A stretch of 64,000 nt of DNA from Anaerolineales bacterium UBA3499 (lineage in GTDB: Bacteria > Chloroflexota > Anaerolineae > Anaerolineales > UBA11657): positions 1,117-65,116 of the forward strand of contig DFQC01000025.1 in NCBI GenBank assembly GCA_002377585.1. Reading direction: 5' to 3'. Shown piece by piece: positions 46,908 to 55,674 of this stretch (its first letter is position 1; every line of letters starts with the position of its first letter). The notes beneath the pieces were generated by a model that was not told the DNA's origin, did no database searches, and was given only the letters and a program-made list of their open reading frames with translations. Both the position numbers and the translations under genes were made by a program.

Positions 46908-48959
46908 ATGAAATATTTAACCCTAAAGCACCTATTCTATGTGGTGATTTTTTCTCTTCTAATAACGTCTTGTGACGCTCCAGACCCCGTGTCTCCGGGA
47001 GTAGCAGTTGAAGAATCAACCAAATCACTAGAACCAACTAAATCTATTGATATACCTACTCAAACCCCGAAAAACGCAATAGATTCAGATGAAATCAATT
47101 ATGCGATTTATACAGATTCGAAATCAAAAATATCAATTATATACCCTGAAAACTGGCAACAAATACCACGTGAAAATTACGTAGAATTTCATGGTCCAAA
47201 TGGCGATGTAATTTTCGAAGTTTTATACGTACATTTTCATGAACTTGACCAATGGGCCAATCAATATCTCTCAGAGTCTAATTACAAAGAAGAGTCTCGT
47301 GAGACTCTTCAATCTCCATTAGGATATATGAGTATCGGTAGCCTCCGTGATGGAGCTAAACATGCACGAGTAATTATTGGAAACGAGAAAGCTGGTCTCA
47401 TACTATTAGAAGCTACCACAGGTCCAGAAGATGAGTTCGAGGAGCATTTAGAACAATTCCAAATCATACTTGATTCTCTAAACCTGAAAAATGCCTCATT
47501 GTTTGATGGTTCAAACAATGACAACACTGAACATACAAAAGATGATTCCAATGAGCCCAACGAAGAAGATACTGAAAGCGCTCTGACAAAGACAATACCT
47601 GAGGACTCTGATACAACCATTTATACGGACTCTAAAACAGGATTGTCGTTTAGTTATCCAGCAAATTGGACCCTATTCCAACACGAGCATGACATAGAAT
47701 TCCAAGGACCAATTGGTGCGGTAACAATTATGATTACAGACGTACCCATGCGAGAACTAGAACAATTCGCACAGGACTTTTTCACTGAATCTGATGAATA
47801 CAAGGAAGAATCTCGCAATGCATTAGATGAGCCATCAGGATATATAAGCATAGGCAATCTTAGAGATGGAGCCCAACAAGCTCGTGTAATCATTGGTAAT
47901 GAACAAACAGACATAATAATTTTTGAAGCTACCACAGGCCCAGAAGATGATTTCGAAGAGCATTTGAAACAATTCCAAAATATACTTAATTCAATAAGCT
48001 TGCTAGAAGTCGATTCAGATGAATCGCAGGCACAGCAACAAGATTACAGTCCTACGCCAATCCCAAATTATGGTCCTAGTGCAATAACAATAGTGAATAC
48101 CAGTGAATTTAGTACTGACATAATGCAAGAATGGGCTTCATATTCAGAAGCTAAAATGGCTAATAGGAGAGCAGATATCCTAATGGTATTATGGCCAGTC
48201 GGAGAATTTGTAAAAGAAGGCGGTTTCTCTCACCCATTCGAGACAATGGAAGTAGTAATTACACCCGATGAAATTGATTACCTCATGAATGAAATAGAAA
48301 CGTGGCTTAGCAATCAACCCTGTATTTTGGATGACCCAGTACGATATTATGAAGAAGTAGAAATGTACCGTGATTGGCTTACTAGAGGTGCTGATGCATC
48401 AACTCAAATTACTATATGTCCAGCATCTAGATTAGTCCTGATGGGCCTACCGCCTGATATGAGGGACACCAATGATCCCAGATACCCAATAAACCTACAA
48501 GACTTTTTCATACATGAGCTTTATCATGCGTTACAACAAGATCTAATGGACGAATCCTGTAGGAGACTCGAAGAAAGATTGGATCGTGAAGAAACTAATA
48601 CGCCCTGGCTGGTCGAAGGCGGAGCAGACTATTTCGCTAAGCATGTAGTAGCCGAACTCACTGGAGCTTTTGATCCAATCAACACAATCCTACGCAATGC
48701 TCTTAATGCTTCCAGAGAAGAAGGTACTAATATCTATCAAGGCGGCATAGACAAAACCGGTGCTGCTGCTATGCAAATTCTTATTGAACTTGGAAAACTG
48801 GATCAAGAAAGGATTCTAGATGGCAGTCTATTTCATAACTGTGCCCGAGAAATCGAATACACTAATGATAAACCATATGTACTACAAGCAAAGAATTCTT
48901 GGTATATGATAGAAGAACGCAATGGTAGGTTTGTATTTAGTGAAGGGGTTCTAAGATAA
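46908..48959 (+). CDS. Lipoprotein with two tandem PsbP/DcrB-like modules and a C-terminal HExxH domain (putative secreted metalloprotease)
   Basis: Lipobox LLITSC. Two ~126-aa repeats. FIHELYHALQQD holds HELYH at 48513-48527. Confidence 0.65.
   Translation: MKYLTLKHLFYVVIFSLLITSCDAPDPVSPGVAVEESTKSLEPTKSIDIPTQTPKNAIDSDEINYAIYTDSKSKISIIYPENWQQIPRENYVEFHGPNGDVIFEVLYVHFHELDQWANQYLSESNYKEESRETLQSPLGYMSIGSLRDGAKHARVIIGNEKAGLILLEATTGPEDEFEEHLEQFQIILDSLNLKNASLFDGSNNDNTEHTKDDSNEPNEEDTESALTKTIPEDSDTTIYTDSKTGLSFSYPANWTLFQHEHDIEFQGPIGAVTIMITDVPMRELEQFAQDFFTESDEYKEESRNALDEPSGYISIGNLRDGAQQARVIIGNEQTDIIIFEATTGPEDDFEEHLKQFQNILNSISLLEVDSDESQAQQQDYSPTPIPNYGPSAITIVNTSEFSTDIMQEWASYSEAKMANRRADILMVLWPVGEFVKEGGFSHPFETMEVVITPDEIDYLMNEIETWLSNQPCILDDPVRYYEEVEMYRDWLTRGADASTQITICPASRLVLMGLPPDMRDTNDPRYPINLQDFFIHELYHALQQDLMDESCRRLEERLDREETNTPWLVEGGADYFAKHVVAELTGAFDPINTILRNALNASREEGTNIYQGGIDKTGAAAMQILIELGKLDQERILDGSLFHNCAREIEYTNDKPYVLQAKNSWYMIEERNGRFVFSEGVLR
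47109..48002 (+). repeat. Intragenic tandem duplication (47109-47486 and 47622-48002, offset 513 nt)
   Basis: Copy 1: YTDSKSKISIIYPENW...YKEESRETL..GYMSIGSLRDGAKHARVIIGNE..LLEATTGPEDEFEEHLEQFQIILDSLNL. Copy 2: YTDSKTGLSFSYPANW...YKEESRNAL..GYISIGNLRDGAQQARVIIGNE..IFEATTGPEDDFEEHLKQFQNILNSISL. The 3' halves are also close at the DNA level. Confidence 0.85.
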
Positions 48960-49126
48960 GCAAGTTACCTCTAAATCTGGCACATTGACTAGAATTTCTG
49001 TCAAATAACATACAACAAACTAAAACTACATCAATTTGGTGTAGCCAAACAGATTTAGATTGTATTGGAATAAAATCTCTGTAGAGTCCTGCTAGTACTT
49101 AATGCTAAGCAAGGTCACTAAAATGA

Positions 49127-49303
49127 TTAGATGACATTAAATACAAGATAAATCACTAATACACAAAAACTTAGCGCCAGAACTATCTTTACCGATCGCA
49201 AAGCGAATCTGATAGCAAGACCAAGTATACCTAGGGTAGCGAGAACGAACGACCAGTTAGGTATCCGAGAGAAGATATCAGGAAAATCAAGGTAATCAGC
49301 CAT
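49127..49303 (-). CDS. Small membrane protein (58 aa, 2 TM segments)
   Basis: GGAGG lies 8 nt before the ATG at 49303. MADYLDFPDIFSRIPNWSFVLATLGILGLAIRF..ALSFCVLVIYLVFNVI. Confidence 0.5.
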   Translation of the reverse strand: MADYLDFPDIFSRIPNWSFVLATLGILGLAIRFALRSVKIVLALSFCVLVIYLVFNVI

Positions 49304-49378
49304 AGATGCACCCTCCACAAGCTTACTAGATGCAAAAAAGATGCCAATTAAATTAATTTGTCGATTTTTGTGCTTTGC

Positions 49379-49405
49379 AAAAAGCTACTCTTCAACAGGT
49401 AGCTT
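49379..49405 (-). terminator. Weak hairpin terminator overlapping the stop codon of the Ubl gene
   Basis: The minus strand reads AAGCTAC-ctgttgaaga-GTAGCTT followed by TTTGC. The stem is 7 bp and the T-run is short. Confidence 0.3.
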
Positions 49406-49655
49406 ATTTATTTCCACCACTAACTGGTGGGAATAAACTAATTGAGTCAGAATCATTTAGGCAAGTATCCAACTCGCATGCAGCGTTATTGATAAAAGCA
49501 TTGCGCAACAAACCATTAGGTAACTCTAGTACTTCTGCAAGACCAATAACTGTAGTTCCAAAAGGAACTGTTACTGAGAATGGATTAGAATTATCCGGAC
49601 CAGGATGATAATCTCGGAGCAAAGCGTATAAGCGCACCTGTACTGTAATGTTCAT
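49404..49655 (-). CDS. MoaD/ThiS-family ubiquitin-like beta-grasp protein ending GG-NK
   Basis: MNITVQVRLYALLRDY...SISLFPPVSGGNK*. FPPVSGG is the MoaD/ThiS C-terminal hallmark, here followed by two extra residues. The ATG lies 1 nt after the upstream stop (TAGcATG). Confidence 0.75.
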   Translation of the reverse strand: MNITVQVRLYALLRDYHPGPDNSNPFSVTVPFGTTVIGLAEVLELPNGLLRNAFINNAACELDTCLNDSDSISLFPPVSGGNK

Positions 49656-49656
49656 G

Positions 49657-50109
49657 CTAAACTGGACGCAATCCCTTGTATACTTTTCTGCCCCCAAGCA
49701 TCCGGAATATTGTGCTTTCTTGACCTACGCGCCCTATCAAAGCCGCCAAATCCTTTATGGTAAGAGGTTGATTTCCATGAGCTAGCAATACTCGAAAAAC
49801 TGAATCGACCATTGCCATGCCCTCTGGTATATAACCTTCCTGGGTCGAGCAATGACTACGCACAACATATTCAACTGAATCAATCGAAAACACTTCTCCA
49901 GTTTGAGGATTAAACCAGTCTATTAGCTTGCGTTCACTATTACCGACATAGTCAAACTCTTTTTGATGACTTTCACAAAGCAGGCTATGGAGATAGGTAT
50001 GATATTCATCTTCACGTAGTGCCCACCAAGCAAAGTCAATATGCAAAAGAGTTTCATGGACAGCAATCTCAATATTTTCACTGCGCTTATCACCAGTAGC
50101 GGGTTTCAT
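49657..50109 (-). CDS. Hypothetical protein (~150 aa), with a possible C-terminal winged-helix/HARE-like segment
   Basis: No catalytic motif recognised. The C-terminus is VFRVLLAHGNQPLTIKDLAALIGRV. Start is ATG 50109 or TTG 50121. Translationally coupled to the Ubl gene. Confidence 0.6.
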   Translation of the reverse strand: MKPATGDKRSENIEIAVHETLLHIDFAWWALREDEYHTYLHSLLCESHQKEFDYVGNSERKLIDWFNPQTGEVFSIDSVEYVVRSHCSTQEGYIPEGMAMVDSVFRVLLAHGNQPLTIKDLAALIGRVGQESTIFRMLGGRKVYKGLRPV

Positions 50110-50127
50110 TCTAAATACCAAGACATA

Positions 50128-51711
50128 CTATGACGAATATCTCCAGTAAGCATCCCCTACATATATATAAGATAAATTACTGGCCAACTCTGCAAGAATA
50201 TATTCTGGGGGAGTCCTCCTTACAACATTAACCGCACTATATAATGTGTGCGTATGAACATTTCCCTGTGGTGTCAGTTGGGACAACTGTCGAAACATTA
50301 GTTCAACAATTCTTTCAACAGTTACACCATTACGTGATAAATCATCAGACAAGGCATCAACACCACCTACATCCTCAACATTTATGATATTTTCTTCAAC
50401 ACAACCCACAGAAATAGCACACTTACTTAGCTCAAAGTAAAATCTTTTATCCTCAACAAACAATGTCCTAACCCAATCCTTTATAGGATTGCGTTTCTCA
50501 ATAGATACGATACTCTCGCTCAGATCATCTCCCGGTGCAATAGTAATTCGAGCTCCTGTGATCACATCATACTTCTTGTAGAGTGGTGCCATGCCCCAAA
50601 CAAAACGCTCTTTCAATGCAACCCAACCTGGTAGACGCTGACCTGATAACGCATCAACAAATGTTATTTTTACACGGGGAGAAACAAGGGCGGAAGGGAA
50701 AAGGTGTGCTGTGTAAGCACTTAAAGGCAGCGTACCTGCCCTCAGATGTGGATAAGTCAGCACCACTTCAACCGAACCCTCAGTATCTTGCACTTCTATG
50801 TTTTCACTAAACTCATCACGCAACTTCAGAGACAGATTCCTCATGTCTTCCGTTAATGACTCCGTTATATAGCCAACAGACTCACATGCAAGATATCTCT
50901 CAGACATAACAATATCTCTGGGTTTCATATCAGTCAAATACCAGAGAACCTGACCAGAAGGACCAACATCTTCAAAACGTTCATCCCTCTGGAGAGCATA
51001 GTTAAGAGAAAAGACCAACAACTCCTCTTCACTCTCATCAGGCGTCATGCCGATATCCTTCAAAAGTTCCTTTGTAGATAATGGACGTCCGTCAGCCAAA
51101 TCTAGAGCAGCTTCAGCCAAGTTGAGATATCCAGTGTTGATATCAACTAACAAATCTACAGGAAACCAAGATCCGGACAAACGCACCAAATCGTTGTATT
51201 CAAGTAATTGAGCTTCAATTTTGTCTTCTAGGACTTGAGTATGCTCTTGAAATATCTGTTGCGCAGTTTCTGTCAATGGATTGGTATGACCATTACGTCC
51301 AAATTCAGTACTATCAATCAAAGAATTGTTTGCCATACCACTAACAAATTCACGAGTAATGTCATCCTCACATCGTACCTGCAAAACCCCATATTCACCA
51401 TAATCGGGATTATCACCATTACGAATTGAAATCACTTCACCATTTAAACCACCTAATAATGGAAAATTAATCGTTTGACCAGACACATAGGTTTTGTCAG
51501 GGCTATAAACTTCATCCCATACTTTACGCTCATTGCCAATCTTTTCTTGACGCTGTAGAAGTTGGCGTTCTAACAACGCCACAACAATTGCCGCAGTACT
51601 CCAAGGAGTCCCAGCTTCAAGAAGCAAGTGAATTACGTAATCGTAGTCTTCAGAATGGAGCGTAAAAGATTCAATCCATTCTATATCGGGCAAATTGTTG
51701 TTTGGTATCAC
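50128..51711 (-). CDS. Hypothetical protein (527 aa), family not recognised
   Basis: GTG start. No Walker, Rossmann or metal motifs seen. The N-terminus YVIHLLLEAGTPWSTAAIVVALLER looks like a winged helix. The SH3/Tudor-like stretch VYSPDKTYVSGQTINFPLLGGLNGEVISI is noted by eye only. Confidence 0.65.
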   Translation of the reverse strand: MIPNNNLPDIEWIESFTLHSEDYDYVIHLLLEAGTPWSTAAIVVALLERQLLQRQEKIGNERKVWDEVYSPDKTYVSGQTINFPLLGGLNGEVISIRNGDNPDYGEYGVLQVRCEDDITREFVSGMANNSLIDSTEFGRNGHTNPLTETAQQIFQEHTQVLEDKIEAQLLEYNDLVRLSGSWFPVDLLVDINTGYLNLAEAALDLADGRPLSTKELLKDIGMTPDESEEELLVFSLNYALQRDERFEDVGPSGQVLWYLTDMKPRDIVMSERYLACESVGYITESLTEDMRNLSLKLRDEFSENIEVQDTEGSVEVVLTYPHLRAGTLPLSAYTAHLFPSALVSPRVKITFVDALSGQRLPGWVALKERFVWGMAPLYKKYDVITGARITIAPGDDLSESIVSIEKRNPIKDWVRTLFVEDKRFYFELSKCAISVGCVEENIINVEDVGGVDALSDDLSRNGVTVERIVELMFRQLSQLTPQGNVHTHTLYSAVNVVRRTPPEYILAELASNLSYIYVGDAYWRYSS

Positions 51712-51753
51712 AGAGAAATTTAGCGTGGCAAACCAGAGTCAAGTACTATCTTT

Positions 51754-51783
51754 ATTATAAGCGTATAACTAATACGTTGTCAA
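51754..51783 (-). promoter_or_regulatory. Consensus sigma-70-type promoter TTGACA-N18-TATAAT for the 527-aa/150-aa/Ubl operon
   Basis: The minus strand reads cacattaTTGACAacgtattagttatacgctTATAATaaa. The -10 element ends about 42 nt upstream of the GTG start. Confidence 0.55.
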
Positions 51784-51887
51784 TAATGTGCACTCACAGA
51801 ATATAACTCCAATTATGTGAACTCGACCAATATATAATGTAACACTATCATGCCCGAAAATTCATCAACAATTGTTGTCTAAGCGAC

Positions 51888-53015
51888 CTAACCCACCTGA
51901 TCAGATTTTTCTGGAAAAAGACCCAGCACACCACTTTCATCAGCACTACAGATGCCACGCTCAGTAATTAAAGCTGTGACTAACCTAGAGGGTGTCACAT
52001 CAAATGCATAATTAGCGGCTGCGCTTGTTTCAGGAGTAAGTGCAACGGAACGAATCTCACCCTCATTTAAACCTATAATGTTTTTTACCTCTGACTCATC
52101 ACGCTGTTCAATAGGTATTTGAGCAATCCCATCCGTATTCTCCCAATCAAAAGTCGACGAAGGCAAAGCTACATAAAATGGAACGTTGTTGTCCTGTGCA
52201 GCTAAAGCCTTGAGATATGTGCCTATTTTGTTCGCAACATCACCTGTATAGACAGTACGATCAGATCCAGTGATTACCATGTCAACCATATCATGTTGCA
52301 TAAGGTGACCACCAACGTTGTCAGCAACAATGGTATGTGGAACTCCATGTTTACCAAGCTCCCATGCAGTTAAACGAGCACCTTGATTGCGTGGTCTTGT
52401 CTCGTCAACCCAGACATGGACCTTAATGCCATTGTCATGTGCCAAATATATAGGTGATGTAGCAGTTCCATAATCCACACACGCTAACCACCCAGCGTTA
52501 CAGTGAGTAAGGATGTTCACTGTTTCCCCGGATTTCGCCTCACTAATAGATTCAATCAGTCCAACACCATGTTCACCAATCAAACGACAAGACTCAAGCT
52601 CCTCAGCAGCAATTTCACCCGCAAGATCCAGTAATAGACGAATTTTTCCTTCCACATCTCCATCAAAATCCCGAAGACCTTTCATTTGACGGTCCAATGC
52701 CCAAAAAAGATTGACAGCTGTAGGACGCGAAGATCTCAACATGTCAACAGCTTGATCAATTTTCCGCATAAAATTTGACTCTGGCTCATCAGATACTGAA
52801 AGAGCAGCTAAATACATTCCATAAGCTGCAGTTACACCTATTAGAGGAGCACCACGCACATGCATATCTTTAATAGCAATAGCAGCCTCTTCTACAGTGG
52901 TTAGATCTTCTATTACAAACCTATGAGGCAACCATCTCTGATCAATAATCTGAACCACAGATTCATCATCTGATTTTATCCATATAGTGTTAAAGTGCTT
53001 ACCATCTACCTTCAT
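51888..53015 (-). CDS. mtnA: S-methyl-5-thioribose-1-phosphate isomerase (eIF-2B alpha/beta/delta family)
   Basis: IDQRWLPH, RGAPLIGVTAAYG, RPTAVNLFWAL, THCNAG, VDETRPRNQGARLTAWEL, GSDRTVYTGDVANKIGTY. Confidence 0.85.
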   Translation of the reverse strand: MKVDGKHFNTIWIKSDDESVVQIIDQRWLPHRFVIEDLTTVEEAAIAIKDMHVRGAPLIGVTAAYGMYLAALSVSDEPESNFMRKIDQAVDMLRSSRPTAVNLFWALDRQMKGLRDFDGDVEGKIRLLLDLAGEIAAEELESCRLIGEHGVGLIESISEAKSGETVNILTHCNAGWLACVDYGTATSPIYLAHDNGIKVHVWVDETRPRNQGARLTAWELGKHGVPHTIVADNVGGHLMQHDMVDMVITGSDRTVYTGDVANKIGTYLKALAAQDNNVPFYVALPSSTFDWENTDGIAQIPIEQRDESEVKNIIGLNEGEIRSVALTPETSAAANYAFDVTPSRLVTALITERGICSADESGVLGLFPEKSDQVG

Positions 53016-53030
53016 AAATGAAAATCCTCC

Positions 53031-54422
53031 TCAATAAATATCTTGCTTCATCCATTCCAACGGATTGACTTGGTTCCCATTGATCCATACTTCCCAATGC
53101 AGATGTGGTCCAGTAGATAAACCAGTATTACCGACGTACCCTATAAGGTCCCCACTAGCCAACTTTTGTCCTACAGATACTGCTGACTCTTGCTGATGCC
53201 AATACCCAGTAAATATCCCAATACCATGATCTATGATAGTTGTAGTTCCGCGAATGTCAAGTGTTTTCGACATGACAACCACCCCAGCAGCAGGCGCATA
53301 GATTGGCGTACCTTCTGATGCCCCAAAATCTACTCCCCCATGAAAAGTTCGGTAATCTTTCCCATTATAGCTCCTACGCATACCAAAACGAGTTGTAATG
53401 TAATCCATTGACATAGGATGGTCAAACCCATCTTCCCACAATTTGTTTTCAGTGAAGTTTGATACTGTATCTAAAATAATTTGATCCTCGGCGACACGTA
53501 CACTCTCATCCTCTAGCAACTTGGCCTTATCATGTCCCAAGACTAAACTCTGAGACCCATATTGCGCATCCGCAACTGGCAAACGCATCTCCAAAGTAAC
53601 TATCTGATCATCACTTCTCGTAGCAGTTACCCACAAATGGTATATTCCTGGATCAGACATTGCGTGCACACCTAAAAAAGACACTTGTCTTCCGTTGATT
53701 GACGAAAAATTCAATTTAGTACCATCAAAAAATCCTGTTACAGATGTTTCTTGATCTGTATCTACGCTAATTACTACTGGCTGACCCTGCCTTGGATGTT
53801 CATTGGATATGCTGATATCCTCAAATGGGCTAAGTATGCTGGCATTAGTTTTACTACCTGGAGAATACATCAATTCGCCCGGTAAAGTCACAGTTGCATT
53901 TGACCAGCCGTTTAATATCATAATTTCATAGGGACTACAATCAGCATTAATGGCCAAGCTCAGCAATGTATCCTGCTGCCCGATCACTGAAAATCCAACT
54001 TGATTGTATGTTTCCAGCTGGTCACTAATCTTATATATCAATGGCTGTCCGATATACAATGTATAAGGATTAACAATGCGATTCAGTTTAATTAGAGTAT
54101 CCAAATCGTTATTTAATTCGAGTGGCATGGAGAAGAACGATTCCCCTGGTTGTACCTTATGAGTATCAACTAAACCACTGACACCAAAATAATCCGACAG
54201 CAACAAAATCTGGCCAATTGATATCAATGATGGATTTTCTATGCCATTCAGTCTCTGAAGTGACTGTACACTACCCCCAAATTGCTGTGCAATAGAATAT
54301 AGAGTATCACCATCCTGTACTTGATACAAAGGCCCCTCTTTTTCCTCAGCATCAACAATACTATGAAAAGCAAATACTCCGCTAAAAAAAAAGAGGAAAA
54401 AACGAAATGGCAATGTGTTCAT
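53031..54422 (-). CDS. Secreted M23 peptidase with N-terminal LysM repeats
   Basis: Signal peptide. LysM: YQVQDGDTLYSIAQQFGGSVQSLQRLNGI.. plus two more degenerate copies. M23 motifs: HGGVDFGASEGTPIYAPAAGVV, GYVGNTGLSTGPHLHWEV. Confidence 0.85.
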   Translation of the reverse strand: MNTLPFRFFLFFFSGVFAFHSIVDAEEKEGPLYQVQDGDTLYSIAQQFGGSVQSLQRLNGIENPSLISIGQILLLSDYFGVSGLVDTHKVQPGESFFSMPLELNNDLDTLIKLNRIVNPYTLYIGQPLIYKISDQLETYNQVGFSVIGQQDTLLSLAINADCSPYEIMILNGWSNATVTLPGELMYSPGSKTNASILSPFEDISISNEHPRQGQPVVISVDTDQETSVTGFFDGTKLNFSSINGRQVSFLGVHAMSDPGIYHLWVTATRSDDQIVTLEMRLPVADAQYGSQSLVLGHDKAKLLEDESVRVAEDQIILDTVSNFTENKLWEDGFDHPMSMDYITTRFGMRRSYNGKDYRTFHGGVDFGASEGTPIYAPAAGVVVMSKTLDIRGTTTIIDHGIGIFTGYWHQQESAVSVGQKLASGDLIGYVGNTGLSTGPHLHWEVWINGNQVNPLEWMKQDIY

Positions 54423-54740
54423 TAATGTAAATATAGTATAGAAAAAACTTAGCCTAAAGTCTACAAATTCCTCAAAAGCATGTTAGTCTACTATAAACTA
54501 GATTAACAACAAATTTTGTCTATTTTGTCTATAGTATAATGCCTGCCCTCTAATAATTCTACGACAATTGCGTGAACACAACTTGGGTCGACAATCTCAT
54601 TAACTAGTGAGCGTAAAATACCAATTATCATTTCTGTTGATTATTGAATTACAAAACTAGCCCTGCTAGATCAAGCCCATCAAACCGTATCATGTCTAAT
54701 ATAGATTACTTGATTCTCACTTGGATTACCCACAGTTGAA

Positions 54741-54786
54741 ATAAAATAAAAACAGCACAGTCATTTTCCAAAATGATTGTGCTGTT
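54741..54786 (-). terminator. Strong intrinsic terminator after the L25/Ctc gene
   Basis: The minus strand reads AACAGCACAATCATTTT-GG-AAAATGACTGTGCTGTT followed by TTTATTTTAT. The stem is 17 bp with one mismatch. It starts 40 nt after the stop. Confidence 0.7.
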
Positions 54787-54826
54787 TAATTAGTACACAA
54801 ACTGAGATTATAACTAAGCCAATTGA

Positions 54827-55519
54827 TCATTCGGTGCTTTCGTCATTGTCACTTGCTTCCTCAAAATCATCATCAGCACCTTTACCCTTTTCAATGACTT
54901 CCACATCCTCAGCATCCAATTCCAAGCCTTCTTCATCTGTTTCTTCCTCTTCAACTTCAACAATTCCTGCATACGCAACCCTAGCTACAGCCTCTTCTAA
55001 ATCAGTCAATATATTTACACCTTCTGGCACATTCACATCAGATACTAATATAGTGTCACCGAGATCCGTTAAACCCTCCACACTTACCTCTATACTGTTG
55101 ATAATATCTTTTGGTAAACACTCAACCTCTAAATCGTACAAACTAGCCATAACTGCATATTCACCCGTAGCTACAGCAGGTGATTCGCCCACAAGAGTGA
55201 TTGGAACCGTAATAGTGAGAACCTGTTCCATATCTACCGCCATAAAATCTACGTGAAGTGGATTCCCTTTCAGCACATCTTTTTGTAATTCTCGGACAAT
55301 TGTCGTATGATTTTGACCATCAACCTCTAAATCAATTAATACCGTACCCTGCAATCTAGTAAGTATTTGTCCCGCTTCATGTGCAGGCAACTGAAGAGCA
55401 ATCGGGTCCATGTTGGTTCCATAAAGGACACCTGGCAATAGACCATCGCGTCTGAGCCGGTTTAAGCCTTTGCTGATAACAGTTCTTGTTTGTGCCTTTA
55501 ATAATGTGCTTTCCATCAA
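54827..55519 (-). CDS. rplY: 50S ribosomal protein L25/general stress protein Ctc, with acidic C-terminal tail
   Basis: ..RRDGLLPGVLYG.. plus the beta-barrel domains. The tail is EVEEEETDEEGLELDAEDVEVIEKGKGADDDFEE. Confidence 0.85.
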   Translation of the reverse strand: MMESTLLKAQTRTVISKGLNRLRRDGLLPGVLYGTNMDPIALQLPAHEAGQILTRLQGTVLIDLEVDGQNHTTIVRELQKDVLKGNPLHVDFMAVDMEQVLTITVPITLVGESPAVATGEYAVMASLYDLEVECLPKDIINSIEVSVEGLTDLGDTILVSDVNVPEGVNILTDLEEAVARVAYAGIVEVEEEETDEEGLELDAEDVEVIEKGKGADDDFEEASDNDESTE

Positions 55520-55674
55520 CTACCACCTTGCATATGATTGTCGTAAAATCAATTTAAGCTACTTGTCTGGACCATGACAAGCTAAATAAAATTACTGCCA
55601 TGACCACCTAACGATGTGAAACAGCGAATTCTATCTTGGGTGAGCATTTTAGTCAAGAACGATATGGTACGATT

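Noticed and set aside
47109-48002. Whether the two near-identical repeats are a DGR template/variable-repeat pair.
   Set aside because: No reverse transcriptase gene is in the window. The differences between copies are not restricted to adenine positions, and both copies are in frame within one gene. Ordinary domain duplication explains them.
49657-51711. Attempt to read the 150-aa and 527-aa partners of the Ubl as JAMM protease, E2-like, MoaE or E1.
   Set aside because: I could find no HxH..S..D, no HPN..C, no GxGxxG and no MoaE-like sequence. The partners are therefore left as unknown rather than forced into those families.
54777-55256. 159-aa Ser-rich plus-strand ORF.
   Set aside because: It is the mirror image of the acidic tail and body of the L25/Ctc gene. 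It begins inside the L25 terminator hairpin and has no SD.
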